DNA of 64,000 nucleotides from Eledone cirrhosa (GCA_964016885.1 OZ024740.1:130324001-130388000), one strand, 5' to 3'. Counted from the first letter of the stretch, positions 1-17,275 are shown. Numbers and translations are program-made. The notes: a model not told the origin generated them from the sequence alone.

Positions 1-490
1 GCAACCAAACAGACCGAAAAATAGATGCAAATAGACCTGATATAATATTGAAGGACTTTCAAAAGAGGGTATGCCTGCTAATTGATATGTCTGTTCCAAT
101 AGACAAGAATGTATCTATAAAAACATTTGAAAAATTGAGCAAGTATAAGGACCTGGAGATAGAAATTGGAAACATGTGGACATTGAGAACTAAAACAATA
201 CCAGTGGTTGTAGGCGCTCTGGGAATGATACCTAAGGGGTCTAACGACTACTTATCGCAAATCCAGGGAAACCCGCGTATAGGAGAAATACAAAAGATAG
301 TACTAATGGGAACTGCCCATATACTAAGGAAGATTCTGTCAATATAAGTACATCACAAGTCTAAACACTAAAGATGCATGTGTGAATATGTATGTTCTTT
401 CTTGAACATGGCGGACCTTGTTGTCTCTTGAGGTCACTGGTTGTGAATTGGTGATAACTCGTATGAACATAAAGCAAGATAAATGCAACT

Positions 491-492
<2 letters not shown>
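1..492 (+). mobile_element. 3' end of an R4/Dong-type (restriction-like endonuclease) non-LTR retrotransposon
   Basis: Frame 3..347 reads QTDRKIDANRPDIILKDF...LIDMSVP...EKLSKYKDLEIEI..MW....PVVVGALG, a PD-(D/E)xK RLE domain. It is followed by a ~145-nt 3' UTR and a (TAA)n array, the known Dong target. Confidence 0.85.

Positions 493-574
<82 letters not shown>
493..574. repeat. (TAA)n microsatellite, tail or target of the Dong-like element
   Basis: Perfect TAA repeats directly after the element's 3' UTR. Confidence 0.95.
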
Positions 575-575
<1 letters not shown>

Positions 576-589
576 GAATAATGTGTAGG

Positions 590-1170
590 AGAAAAGACGC
601 TTGATCGTTTCTGTCAAATGGGCTCTCTGAAATGAAACATCAATAACAAGTGGTGTGCCCTAGGAAACTGTCTTTAGACTAATGCGATTTATGGTGGCTC
701 TCTCAAACATGCCCTTTGCAGAACAATCAGCCTATATCTCTCTATCTACCCAGGCTTATGTCACGAACGTAGTAGCATAAGCATTCAAGAAACCCATTGA
801 TGCTACACTATTACAATATTGGTACCCTTACACTAATCGGTTAAACAAAACAATATGCAATTTAATGCTGAACACTTTCAAGTTCACCACTATCAAACCG
901 CAAACGCAAGGGCACTACAAAAAAGCTACGCAAGACCAAGAGGTGGTGAAACCAAAAGAGTATTGACATGAGCAACAATACATCGTTTCATGCTCATATC
1001 ATCAAAATCGTGGCAACATGCAAACGACAGAATGGTACAATTCTCAAGAATTTCAGTAGATTTGAGCGAGTTAAAATGTCAGTCGTCTAGAGGACTATTA
1101 CTCTTATAAGTGGTCACCCGACAGTGTGAAACTAACAGCAGAACTCCAAGAAATCCAACGAGGTTACAAT
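590..1170 (+). pseudogene. Degraded CR1/Jockey-group LINE reverse transcriptase fragment
   Basis: About 650-715 reads SGVP*ETVFRLMRFMVALSNMP, resembling the SGVPQGTVLGPLLF..ALSDMP RT motif. Many stops and frameshifts. Confidence 0.55.
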
Positions 1171-1550
1171 GATTATCTTTTCTCTTTTGCGCCACCTCTT
1201 CCTTCAGTCTTAATCTTCAACTCGATTTTTTTCCTTTCCTTTTATTTGGTACATTTTTCCTGATTCCAATCAGCACGCGCGCCAGTGTCTGCACCTGAAC
1301 CTGTGTGTGAATCCTTGTGTTATTCATGCTTATTTTATACGTGAATATGTGTGTGGTGGCGTTTTTATATTTGACCCATGATGTCCCTCTCCCCATTCTA
1401 TCGTCATTTTTTAGTTGCGGCATGTTACTATTCAAGCAGTGTTTTGTGTTCAAGCTACGTCAACATTTTAGTATCCCTGTGGCCTCCGTAATATGAGTTG
1501 TCCGTATGCGTCTCTCTCTCTATTTCTCTCTCTCTTTCTCTCCCTCCCCC

Positions 1551-1583
<33 letters not shown>

Positions 1584-1585
1584 AC

Positions 1586-1623
<38 letters not shown>

Positions 1624-2370
1624 CAGAGGTATCCACAGTAAGTTGTGGGTTCTATTCTGCATGAAGAACTCGATGTAATCCTTATGTTGAAAATATTGTA
1701 GGTTAAGATAAATCCCAGAAAACAATAAAACATTAAAAAGAAAACAGAATCATGATATAAGTTAAAACATTGAAATAAAAAAATCAAGTCATTAGAGATA
1801 TACTTCACTGCTTTACAATCGTTTCTACCAGATGATAATGCATTGTAGCTATACTACGTTATTGATCTATGTAAGGTTAGTTACAAAATATCAGATAAAA
1901 AGAATATTTACTTACATGCATATCACCAGCTGTTTTCAAAAGCAATAATAATTTTATTCAGAATTAGTAGAATGTTAGTACCATGTCCTTATGTGTAGGT
2001 AGTTTAAGAACTAAGCAATCAAATTGTCTTTTTCATATGGTGTTAAGATGAAAAGTAATACACAAAAGTAATAACCCTTTGAAAAGAATGGTTGAATGGT
2101 GTTAATTGTAGAATTGGCATAACAATCTATTAGGAGGAAAGGGATTGTCAAACTGATAGTTGAATGTATCTGCTATAGTGAAGTTTAAAAGGAATGTAAA
2201 TATAAATGGTGATTAGTGTTGTATTGTGTTTTTAGGTGAATATAAATTAAAGTTATGGCTAGGAAAGATAGTATATTAAAAGATGAAAATTATAATAAAA
2301 TAATGAAATACAGTAATGCGATAATATACAACATAACGAACACTATATTGCACTTAGTATAATACAGCAT

Positions 2371-4421
2371 ATGATATGCCCATCAACATCTGATATCGGT
2401 AATATCAGCAAAAGGATTATTGATCATATCATTCCGCAAATTCGAAAATGTGTTACACATCCACTATGGGATAACACTTCCCAAGTTATTGAATGGTTCA
2501 CTAGTATTGGGAATACAAACTCAGCTTCATTCATTCAATTAGACATCGATTCTTACTATTCTTCGATTACTCTAATTCCTTTAAACAAAGCACCGATCTT
2601 CGCCAGAAAAAGATCGAATTTATCTACTGAGGAAATCAACATCATAACTCACGCTAGAAAAACCTTACTAAACTGCCAAGAAGAATACTGGACAAGAAAC
2701 ACATATAACAACTTATTAGATATTACGATGGGATCCATGGACACTGCTCAAGTTACAGACCTCGTTGGACTATTTCTTCTCTATAATATTCATGACTCAT
2801 TTCCCCACCTCAAAGGTGGTCTTTATCAGGATGATTGTCTATTGTTATCTAACAATCTTAGTAAATGCAATATAGAGAAGAACAAAAAACAAATTAGAAA
2901 AATCCTCAAGGACTATTACAGCCTTAGCATCACTTTTGAGAACACTTCAAAAGTAGCTAATTTCATTGACGTTACCTTAGACCTCTCTACGAATAGTTAT
3001 CAACCTTACCACAAAGCCAACCAGAATCTACATCATGTACATTCACTATCTAACCATCCTGGTTCTATACTCAAGAACTTAGTATATAACATATCACTGA
3101 GGCTTTCTAAATTATCTTCCAATGAATATATATTTTATAATAATGCACCCTTCTACAACGAGGCCTTAACTAGAAGTGGTTAAAAAGAATAAATGTCATA
3201 TATCCCCAACAATACTATGGACAAAATTATAAAACCTAGCAAAAACTGCAAACACCAAAAAATACCATTGAAACAAATACCTAAAGTGGTTATTCCTATT
3301 ACACCAAACTACCGAAAAAAACACAACAACTATTACTACACGATCTATGACAAATGTTATCAACCCACATATGAATACTAATCACTCAAAATCTCATAAT
3401 CTACCCAATAATAACTCCAAATACAACCACGGTAATTTACCAAATTCCACAAATAAGGATACTAACCATAGGAATTCATTTAGAACACAACATATAAGTG
3501 GTAATAAGAACTTAAATAAAAACCGCAAAAGAAATATTACATGGTATAACGCACCCTTCAACCTGCAAACTATTGGACAAATCCCCCAAAAATTCTTTGA
3601 AATTCTACATAAACATTTTCCACCAAACCACAGATACCACCAAATATTTAACAAATATACTGTTAAATTCTCATACTCTACATCAAACAATCTCTAGCAA
3701 AAAATAAGCAACTACAACATTTATAAACTTTAAAATAATATGACTACACCACCGCAACATAATTTAAATAGGACTGCACCTTTTAAAAAGGCAAATAATA
3801 CAATCGTTCAACCTAGAAAACACAACCACCCGAATCACCAACACAAAAACAACAGAACACAAGATCAAAATGCAACCCTAGCACTAAACCACCCACAAAG
3901 CAACCTCATTCTTCTGCTATAATTTAATTACAATAGGAATAGCTCAAGGATTAATGAGAATAGTATAGGCACCCTCAACAACCATCTTACGTATGGCTGT
4001 AATTGCAGAAATAGAAGCGTTTGCCCCTTAAATGGTAACTGTTTGATTACTAATGTAATATATAAATGCACTGTGTCTACTACAGACTCCAACAAAACAT
4101 ATGTAGGATCTACATCAAACACATTTAAGAAAATATATTACGCACACTCTAGTTATTTCAACAATACTAAACTAGCTAACACCACATCTTTAGCTGAAGT
4201 AGTAAATAATTATAAAAAGAAAAAAATAGATTTCAAGTTATCATGGAACACCATTTTACAAAGAACTCCATATCTTGGGAACAGGAGGGAATGCAGATTA
4301 TGTTCAGGGGAGATCTTGCAAATTAACTAAATCTAAGGGGGATTTATTAAATAAAAAGCAGGAACTTATCATAGTTTGTAATCACCGTATACGAAGAACA
4401 TTAAAAAATTATAAACCTTAT
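2371..4421 (+). pseudogene. PLE RT - GIY-YIG polyprotein, 5'-truncated and disrupted
   Basis: RT motifs FIQLDIDSYYSSI, ITMGSMDTAQVTDLVGL and GLYQDD. Linker RNITWYNAPF..KHFPPNHRYHQIFN..TVKFSYS. Zn linker CNCRNRSVCPLNGNC and endonuclease VIYKC...YVGST...CRLC. Confidence 0.9.
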
Positions 4422-4636
4422 TAAATATTCTAAATAGCAACTCACTATAATTATATATAGAGTAACATTTATTAGTACCACTTGCCCCTAATTATAGGCA
4501 TTCATGCTTATTTTTTACCTTTTAATATTTTAGTTTCCTTAGGTTTATGCGTTAATGACTAAAGGCAACAAGGTACACAACCACCTGTAATTGCATAAGT
4601 AAATATATATCTATGTATGATATGGACATATATTTA

Positions 4637-4701
<65 letters not shown>

Positions 4702-4712
4702 TTATATACATG

Positions 4713-4769
<57 letters not shown>

Positions 4770-4809
4770 GATATTAAACAAATGGAAACTATATTTATAA
4801 AACCATATT

Positions 4810-4875
4810 TATTTCGTTATATATATTTCTGGGATATCATATTAAAAATATGTTATGCCTTCCTCAGACAAAATA
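4810..4875 (-). ncRNA. Minimal type I hammerhead ribozyme (family A, PLE pLTR)
   Basis: Minus strand: UAUUUUGU-CUGAGGA-stem II-GAAA-U-AUAU-A-UA/ACGAAAUA. Stem I is 8 bp; the stem II closing pair is mutated. Confidence 0.65.
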
Positions 4876-4954
4876 CAATACATAAGCTGTTTTATAAATA
4901 ATTAGTGACATACCTTGTAATAATGCAACTTCCTTTTAAAAAGTTGATTTGGCA

Positions 4955-5114
<160 letters not shown>

Positions 5115-6061
5115 ATATATGTGGGTATAGGTGTGTATGTGTAGATATATGTATGTATGGATATGTGTGTATATGATTATGTGCACATGTGTAAATGTGT
5201 ATTTAGGTTTGTATCTATTTGTGCGTATGTATATTTTTGGTTGGATATCAATATAACTGTACCTCTCTGTATATAGTGTGGATATATGCAATGTATATTC
5301 TATGAAATTTATATATTTTAACCATGCCAACATGTTTTTATCTGAGTTTGATTGTTTATACGTAAACATATTTGATAGTAATTTAGAGCGTATCATATGC
5401 TGTATTATACTAAGTGTGATTTACCACACCGTACTATATTTTGTTGGTTATGTTGTATATTATCGCATTACTGTATTTCATTATCTTATTAAAATGTCAT
5501 TCTTTTAATATATTATCTTTTTTAGCCATAACCTTAATTTATATTCCCCTAAAAACTCAATACAACACTAATCACCATTTATTTTTACATTCCTTTTAAA
5601 CTTCACTATACCATATACATTCAACTATCAGTTTGACAATCACTTTCATAATAATAGATTTGCTATGCCAATTCTACAATTAACACCATTCAACCATTCC
5701 TTTCAAAGGGTCTTGACCTCAACTAAAGTGTATTACTTTTCATCTTAACACCATATGAAAAAGACAATTTGATTGGTTAGTTCTTCAACTACCTCCACAT
5801 AAGGACATGATACTAACATACTACTAATTCTGAATAAAATGAGCATTGCTTTTGAAAACTGCTGGAGATATGCATGTAAGTAAATATTCTCTTTATCTGA
5901 TATTTTGTAACTAACCTTACATAGATCAATAACGGAGTATAGCTACAATGTATTATCATCACCCTGAAACGATTGTAAAGCAGTGAAGTATATCTCTAAT
6001 GACTTGACTTTTTATTTCATTGTTTTAACTTATATATATATATATATATATATATAAATAT

Positions 6062-6174
<113 letters not shown>

Positions 6175-6183
6175 GGCGCGCGC

Positions 6184-6215
<32 letters not shown>

Positions 6216-6449
6216 TATTCTATATATCAATAAATGAAGAAGTTCACATATTCAAAATATATGTTTTATTATATATATTTCGGAGGTACTGTGCTCTTTT
6301 TTCAGTACGTACTCATCAGATCAAATATATGAATTTATGTATGACTTACCTCTACTGTCTTGATGGTTCAATTCCAGTAGTGGCAGTGATTTATTACAAT
6401 ATATCTCAATATTTATATACAAAACAATAACATGATGAAGAAAAGGGTG

Positions 6450-8900
6450 TTAAGCGAGATATATGTATAAGGAGTGGGTGAGTAGGCGAGAATGTCAGAA
6501 GAAAGAAATAAACACATATTTACATAAATATTTAAATATTTAAATGCGTAAATAACTGTGTTATGGATAGTAAAGGAAGAGAGAGAGAGAGATAGAAGAG
6601 AAGAAAGAAGAGACAAAAAGGAGAGATAGAAGGAGAGAGAGAGAAGAGGGTAGACGTAACTTCAAAAGGAAACAATGAAGGCAAAAAAGAAGAAAGGGAC
6701 ATGATGCGTGACCGTGGTTTTCAAATATTAAGTCAAATAGAAGCGACCAATTAAATACCGTGACATTTTTAATACCTGTTGTTTGAGCTAATTATACTAA
6801 TATATTAGATCTAAATTAAACACTAAAATAATATTTTCTACAACAATCAGAAGCATAACTCAATAATAGATTCAATATTTTGTTACAAAATTCAAAAATC
6901 AAAAGCATTTTTACCTATCAAGCAAGTTTACAAACATATTAGATATGTATAAGGATATTTACCACAACGTATTCTCATATCACCATCAGTATATGCATTT
7001 TATATAATGTTTAGAATTATTTGAATTATTCCTTTTACATTATAAACAGTTGTCAGTTACTTATAGGATTAATAAGTAATTATATTTACTCTTGAATGTA
7101 TTATTGTTTCGATTTTAATTTCCTAAAGATATCATACTATCATAAATATGTAGTTTTACTTTAAGGATTAATATCATGTTAAATATACATTATAATCCAT
7201 TTGGATAGAAAGAACATGATATACGAAGAATGTAAACAAAGGGAGGTAATCCATATGTTATCATTTATATTAACTAAGTGCTTTGAAAGCCAGAAAATTC
7301 TAGTTATACAATGACCATTCTAAAAACCGAACTTAGGATAGTGAGTCATATCATGAAATTAATTTACTATATATAAAAAAAACGATATACAATTATATTT
7401 TCATTGTCAATAAAATTATATTTTAATAGTCAATATTTCTTTTCCACCTTAGTCAGTTATTTTTTCTAAATTTGTATGATGCTTGAAACATTTTTCCAGA
7501 TTTTTGGAGACAAGTTACAAATTATTCATTTTTCTTATTAATTAAATTACCATAATTGGTAATTATTAATAGAGTTTCTAAATTGAAAAGATTGCAATTT
7601 GGTTTAATGGAAGCGTTCCGATAGGACTCATAATTTCTAAGTTTACACCAAGAAATTAAGTATTTAATATTTGTCTCTTTTAAAGACCATGTTGTTTGTG
7701 ATAATGAAGTAGAACATATTTTATCTGGATTTGAGAAAGAATGTTTATGATTGGAATAAGGAAACTTAAAGTTCGATGAAGTGGCACCAATGTAGTTATA
7801 AGTATTATTATTAGTTGTCTTAATGGTACATTTATATACTAAATTCTTATCAAGGCAATTATTTTGTAAAGGCAATTATTTTGTAAAGGGCATTCAGAAT
7901 ATATAAATATAAATATCTATATAGATTAATAATTGTGCAAGAATAAGTATTATTGGTGATTTTTTAGAAAATATATCCCAATTATTAGTTGTTTACGTTT
8001 TTCATATGAGTTACGAAGGAAGTTGATTTTGCATTTTACATAAAAAATATTTAAGAAAAAGACATACTTCAAGCTGTAAGAGGAGAACAATTTTTTTTAG
8101 AATCAAATATTTTGTTCCAGCATTGAAAATGTTTTAAGAATATTGTTAATTTAGCGAAGTTATATAGATTATCATACATGTTATAATGTTTATGTTTGCT
8201 CAATTGTAATAGAAAAGATAACTCCAATCTTATATGCTAACCGTTAAATTTGATGAAGGATTTACTCAGAAAGTATTTAGAGAAAAGTATATATTAGTTT
8301 GTGTGAGATTAATCTTTTCAAGGATGAAAGTTTCAATTATATAATATTTTAGTTGAAAGGTGTGTGACAAGTTTGAAGATCAAAAAAAGAGGAAAAAAGT
8401 ATTATGTATTTCGAAGAACTATCATAAAGAGGATATCTTTCATAATGTCAATTAAAGATTATCAATCGACGTCTAAAAAAAATAGATTTAGAAGTCTATC
8501 ATTAGAAAATGGTAAACATATTAAAAATAAGAAGGAAGATCATTTCTAAAAAAAGTTTAAATTGTTAAAGTAATACTCAATAAAGAATAGGATCATTTTA
8601 AAGGGGTATAAGATATAAGTCAAGTGTAATGAATATCATCAATTAAAAATACTCCTGAAAGTGGAATTTTGGTGATGTCTGCAACTAGAAAGTAATTCTG
8701 TTTCAAGATTAATAGAGTTTTGACAGTTAATTATATAAAAAAATGTCCTCGATAAAAATTGACAGATTCTTGAAAAAGCCATATTTCAGTGTGCAGGTGC
8801 TTTCGCAATCGATGACCAAGATATTGAATAGTCTTTAAGAAAAGTCAAAATGTTTCAAATTATTAAGATGAGTATGCAAATGAGGTTGAGATATAGGGCT
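6450..8900 (-). mobile_element. Degraded Penelope-like element (GIY-YIG at ~7440-7900, decayed RT upstream)
   Basis: ORF 7522..7875: CPLQNNCLDKNLVYKC...YNYIGAT...HKHSF...CNL. Boundaries approximate. Confidence 0.7.
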
Positions 8901-9129
8901 GAAGAAAAAACGTTATTTGTAGACGCTATGCAGATTTAAATAATTATTAGGATATGTGTATGTATGTGTAGGAAGAAGAAAGATACAGAAAGAATATCTT
9001 GTATTTACGTTAATTTAAAAAGAATTAACAGTTTGTGCGAATGATGGAATATGATTCCACAATTAAAAAGAAATATTTAGCTATATTATGATATTTGCAT
9101 ACTCATCTTAATAATTTGAACTATTTGAT

Positions 9130-11267
<2,138 letters not shown>

Positions 11268-11281
11268 ATATATATATATAT

Positions 11282-11325
<44 letters not shown>

Positions 11326-11328
11326 GTA

Positions 11329-11442
<114 letters not shown>

Positions 11443-11518
11443 TGTATATATATTTTTATTTTTATATATATTCATATATGTGTGTGTGTGTTTGTATGTG
11501 TGTATAGGTATATATAAA

Positions 11519-11609
11519 AAAAAGTCACACTTGTTCAGCGCATCGGTAGGGGTTCTCCTACATGGATATAAAGTAGTGGCCGTACTATAAAACGAGTTGG
11601 CAGCCACCA
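11519..11609 (+). mobile_element. 3' fragment of short RTE-derived non-autonomous element
   Basis: Matches the 3' end (…gagttggcagccacca) of the 34297-34900 copy; sits in (TA)n. Confidence 0.7.
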
Positions 11610-11654
11610 TGTATATATATATATATGTGTATGTATGTATGTATATATATATAT

Positions 11655-12066
11655 CCGGCTGAGATGACCCCTTAGCCTTTGTCAAGGCAGAATTCTAGAA
11701 GAAGGAAAATGCTGATATAACACTTCCAACCCTGATGGTATGCAATGATTATGAATTGTTCTTCTTTTTGGTAAACATAATATTGATTAAGAGAGTGGGA
11801 CTGGCTTTGTCCAGGGCCTTTGCTCACTATAATAGCTTCACGGCACAGGCATTGCTTTATATCTGGAGATCTCTCTGCACTTGTCGTCACATGGTGCCAT
11901 GAGCCCAGAACTATGTGCCAATAATTGTCACAGGTGTATTGTTTGTGCCAGAGTTTTCAAGTCGCTGGCTTGAATACAAAGTCACACTTGCTTAGCGCAT
12001 TGGTAGGGGCTCTCCTACATGGATATAAAGTAGTGGCCGTACTCGAAAACGAGTTGGCAGCCACCA
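11655..12066 (+). mobile_element. RTE-derived non-autonomous element, 5'-truncated
   Basis: Colinear with 34495-34900. Confidence 0.75.
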
Positions 12067-12086
12067 TCGTTATACATATATATATA

Positions 12087-12130
<44 letters not shown>

Positions 12131-12134
<4 letters not shown>

Positions 12135-12218
12135 AATAGAATGAAACGAAATTTCATTTCTCACACTTAGTACGGCACTTATTTTAACTGATACGTACAT
12201 GTATATATGTGCGCCTGC

Positions 12219-12272
<54 letters not shown>

Positions 12273-12370
12273 ATAATAATAAAATTGAAGACTAAAATCC
12301 AAAGAGGGCTCGATAAGGAAAATATATATAAAATATATAGGAACCGTAGAGCAAATAATCTGTTATTTTA

Positions 12371-12411
<41 letters not shown>

Positions 12412-12838
12412 TGCTACTGTACTTCTGTATACATATATGTATGTACGTATACATACATACTTACATTTAAGTAAGTGCCGTACTAAGAGTGAGAAATGAA
12501 ATTTCGTTTCATTCTATTCCAATTTATCGTTTTCGGTGCGCCTGGCCGACTGAACTCACTCGATATGCAAATTAGGCTGCTCAGCCGTTAATTTTCATAA
12601 GGAAAGTATATACTTTCGGACGTTCAACCATCTGGCAGAAAGGTATACGGTGCTGACAATAGCTAACAAGCTTGAAACTAGTACATCGTTCCTGTGTCAG
12701 TGTTGAACAAAAAGGTGACGTGGTTGCCTTAACACCGTACGGCACAATTCAGGCTGTCCGTTTGTTTACAAACGAACAAAGCGAATGTTATAATAAATAT
12801 TCGCTAAACTGATACTTACATGAATATATGTGTGCCTG

Positions 12839-12892
<54 letters not shown>

Positions 12893-12945
12893 TGCTACTG
12901 TACGTCTGTATACATAAATGTATGTACGTATACATACATACTTAT
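12131..12945 (+). mobile_element. ORF-less hammerhead repeat (family B, retrozyme-like), ~1.2 units plus an inverted terminal piece
   Basis: Homologous to 44961-45695 and 47519-48300. HHR at 12648-12688 (core CUGACAA), octamer at 12565-12572, inverted piece at 12131-12180. Confidence 0.7.
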
Positions 12946-12985
12946 ATATTTATATATATTTATATATATATATACATATATATAT

Positions 12986-13073
<88 letters not shown>

Positions 13074-13492
13074 TGTGTATTTGTTAATTTTGAAGTTATT
13101 TGTACTTATTCCCCACACACACTTCCCCTTTTGACATTATTTTGATTTTGATTTTGATTTTCTTATATATACACTGTATATATATATATATATGTTTTGA
13201 ATTTGTTGATCTTATTTACTTAGTTACTTCTGCAGCAGAACTACTTCCCAATGATTCGCATATATTGATGCGTGCATGTGCATGTATATATGTATGTGTA
13301 TGTATATGTACGCATATATATGTATATATGTATAAATATATATATGTGTATGTATATGTATACATATGTATATAAATAAATATATAAATATATATATATA
13401 TAGATATGTATATATATAATATATATGTATATATATATATATATATATATACATATATATTATATATATATACATATCTATATATCTATATC

Positions 13493-13525
<33 letters not shown>

Positions 13526-13696
13526 ATGGATGCATGTATATATATGTATGGGTAAGTATGTGTACGCGTGTGTGTATATATATATATATATATGTGTATG
13601 TGTATGTGTATGTTTATGTATACGTGCACTTTTTTATAGAGCCTTTTGTTATCGTGTTTTTGTGTTTTTATATATGTATATGAATGTATATGTATG

Positions 13697-14257
13697 TGTC
13701 CCATGGTCGGGTCGTTGTCGACTAAACTGGCAACCCCACCAAGGTTTCTTGGTGAGGAGGGTGAATTTGGACATCCTGCAGGACTAAAAACAAAACCTGT
13801 CAAAAGGCAAAGGAGCTCTTAAGAGTCAATGGTCATCCAAAATAACCGGGAGAGATGAACACTTAGCCTTTGTCAAGGCAGAATTCTAGGACAATGAAAA
13901 CTCTGATATAACATCTGCAACCCTGATGGTATCCTATGATGCTGACTTGTTCTTCTTTTTGGTAAATATCATCTTGGTTAAAAGAGTGGGACTGGCTTTG
14001 TGCAGTGCCTTTGCTCACTATAAAAGCTTCACGGCACAGGCATTTCTTTATATCTGGAGATCTCTCTGCACTTGTGATCACATGGTACCATGGGCCCAGC
14101 ACTATGTGTCAGTAATTGTCACAAGTGTAGTGTTTGTACCAGAAGTTTCAAGTCGCTGGCTGGACTAAAAAGTCACACTCGTTCAGCGTATCGGTAGGGG
14201 TTCTCCTACATGGATATAAAGTAGTGGCCGTACTCGAAAACGAGTTGTCAGTCACCA
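13697..14257 (+). mobile_element. RTE-derived non-autonomous element
   Basis: Near full-length match to 34345-34900; flanked by TA/TG repeats. Confidence 0.75.
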
Positions 14258-14889
14258 TATGTATGTGTGTACCCTCTTTTTTATATGTGTGTGTGTGTAT
14301 TTGTGTGTACATATATGTGTGTATATATATTTCTGTATATGTATGTGTATGTATTCATGTGCCTGTTCGGATTTCATTCTAGACGCAAACATATATGCGC
14401 GTGATTGCGTGTGTGTATGTTTATGTTCTGGATATTTATTTATATATTTTTCCCCTAATCACTTTTTGCCGGTTTTATCAGCCTCACTTTCATATTTCCT
14501 AATTGTTGTTTTCAAATCCATATTTAATAAAATCACCATATTATTTATTCAATCTGTCGAGTGCTTCGAATCAGTTATACATATATATTTTGGTTGAATA
14601 ACCAAAAAATTAAATATCCCTTTGCTTATATATAAACACACATACACACAAACACATATATTTATACATACAACATATATAAACGTATAAGAATACACGT
14701 ACCCCCCCCACACACACACACAATACACACACACATTATATAATAAATACACGTAAATGTGTATGTACTCATTAGCCTGTCTGCATATGCGCCCACATAC
14801 AAGCTTATGTGCGTACACTTAAGACACCTAGTGGTTGAGTAATGATGAGGGGGAGTATAACTGAGATCAAATAATATAAACATTTTTTT

Positions 14890-16670
14890 ATATACAGGCA
14901 AGTGAGAAAAGGGGTGTACATTTTATGGTTGAGAGTGAGTGCTTGTGTGAGATCTGGATAAGGGTATATAGTTAAAAATTGATCTGGGTAAATGATGAAG
15001 ATGTTGGGTGTGTATGTGATAAAGGTATGGTAAGTGTTAAAATAAGAGGGGGTGGATTTATAAGGCAAATAAAAAAAAAGATATATAAAGAAAATGATGA
15101 GGGAGATAAAAAGTATATATTGGTAGAAAGTATATGTTCATCAGGTGAAGAAATTGCTAGTGGGTGGAAGGCGTGAGTAATCGTTAAACCAAATCATTTT
15201 TTCTTTTCCTGTTATTGTGTTTAGTTTTATATACAGGAGTAGGTAAATATTTAATATGTTCGGTGAAGCCGCCGGTATTGAGGTCCTTATTATAATAAGT
15301 TGTAGCTTTGTTAAACATGTCTATAGTCTAAGATAAGGTAGAAATCCTACGGCTAATGTTAGGAATAAGATGTTTAAAGACCAAGGGGGATGGCAAGACT
15401 CTTTGTGCATATATCTTAAATTTTCATTAGGTTTATGATAAGGTTTAAAAGAGGCGGTAAATAGGTCAAGATTAATATGAAGGAAGCTAGTATTAGTAAG
15501 ATTCGTATCTGTAGTAATTTTTAGGTTTAGGTTAGCAAAGGGATTTATTAAGTCTTTACATAATTTATCAAGGTTATGGCCGTTGGTGGTATGAGAAACT
15601 GCCATCCGTCGTCTCGGTATAAACCAATATTATGGCAAGGAAATTTCTCTTTAAGTGTGTGGAGGAAGAATAATCCTACTAAGTCGCACACATCGGCGCT
15701 ATCATATGAGCCCATCGCAACATCAAAAGAGTTTTCAGGCATTGGTTGTTTAACCTAAGTACCTTCATTAACAAAGAGTAGTGTTTTCCTAGCATGAAAG
15801 ATAACGTCTTCTTCTAATTTAGAAATATTAATGAGGCGTCTATCAAAATCTAAGGCTTTTGCTAATTCTGTGATAGAGGGGTAAATATCAACAATATCAA
15901 ATAGGGTAAATCTATGATTATGTTTTTTTCCTTGTATGTTATTAAACCAATAAATAACAGAGGATGTATCTAACCATTGGGATAAGTCAGTCATAGTTCT
16001 TATTTGAAGTATCATTTTTCTTAGGATGTTTTTACTCGCAAGACCAATTTCAGATTTAGCAGCGTTGATTAGTCTACAACTGGGTCGATTAGTAAAGTCT
16101 AATATATGGTATTTAAGGGTAATATATTCTTTACATTTAGCTAGGCTTTCGATTCGGTTATCGATTTTTAAAGTACTAGCTAGGGCTTCAGCTTCATTAT
16201 TAATGGTATTATAAGTATTAATGTTAGCTATTTGATATTTAGCCGTAATGCTATCTGTTAATAGTTGGTTATACGAATTGTTATTAACATCATAAAGATT
16301 TTGGTTTTGTCAGAAAAAAACGAAATTATTTATAGAGTGTTTAAAATTAGAAAAATAGTTTGCATGGAAAATTGTTGTTGTACTTACGGTATTTTAATTA
16401 ATTTATCAAGTTAACTAGGTCTTGTTCAAAGGTAGCCGTTTCCTTAAATGTAGGTGGGTATTTGCGAGATTTAATGTCAGAATAGTCACTAGAATCAGCA
16501 CATCATTGTCCATCGAAAATTAACACCTTCCATCTCATTCTTTTTATGACTTCTTCAATTTTATCAATTAATAATTTGGTATAAGTTGTGGTGGAATCAG
16601 TAGGTATATTTTTGATAGAATAATCCAATTCATAAAAATCTATGTTGGTTAATTTCCTTAAGCTGTAGAG
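14890..16670 (-). mobile_element. Naiad-type PLE, disrupted RT with N-terminus, endonuclease missing
   Basis: Motifs DYSIKNIP...LIDKIEEVIKRMRWK, FDIVDIYPSI, VAMGSYDSADVCDLVGL and GLYRDDG. Segment 14890-15180 is homologous to 19950-20235. Confidence 0.85.
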
Positions 16671-17090
16671 TGCTCTACTTATCGGCTTGATATTAGGGGA
16701 ACAAATATATAAATAAATATCCAGAACATAAACATACACACACTCAACTACGCACATATATGTAATAGTACGTAGACGCATACGTTCTCACATAAACATG
16801 TTTGCGTCTGCATGGAAATATAAACATGTACATAAATACATACACATACATATACACAAATATATAAGGACTCGTATATGTACACACAAATACACACACA
16901 CACACATATAAAAAAGAGGGTATATATATACACACATATACATACATACATACAAACGCAAAAACAATAACAAAACGTACTATACATACGCGCACATGTA
17001 CATACACATATTTATATATACACAAACACACACGTACACATACATACCCATACACACATATATACATGCATGCATACACACACACATACT

Positions 17091-17156
<66 letters not shown>

Positions 17157-17210
17157 GCATATATATATACGATATTAAATAAATGGAAACTATATTTATA
17201 AAACCATATT

Positions 17211-17275
17211 TATTTCATTATACATATTTCAGGGATACCAAATTAAAATATGGTATGCCTTCATCAGAAAAAATA
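17211..17275 (-). ncRNA. Type I hammerhead ribozyme (family A), left arm of palindrome
   Basis: Mirror of 17410-17474. Confidence 0.75.

Noticed and set aside
339-617. Poly-Leu membrane protein ORF
   Set aside because: It is the antisense translation of the (TAA)n array.
3990-4330. Selenoprotein-type Naiad (UGA at conserved Cys)
   Set aside because: Conserved Cys positions use TGT/TGC; the stops seen are mostly TAA/TAG decay.
6940-6995. Minus-strand hammerhead (CUGAUGG…GUAAA)
   Set aside because: Both core segments are altered and the stems are unconvincing.
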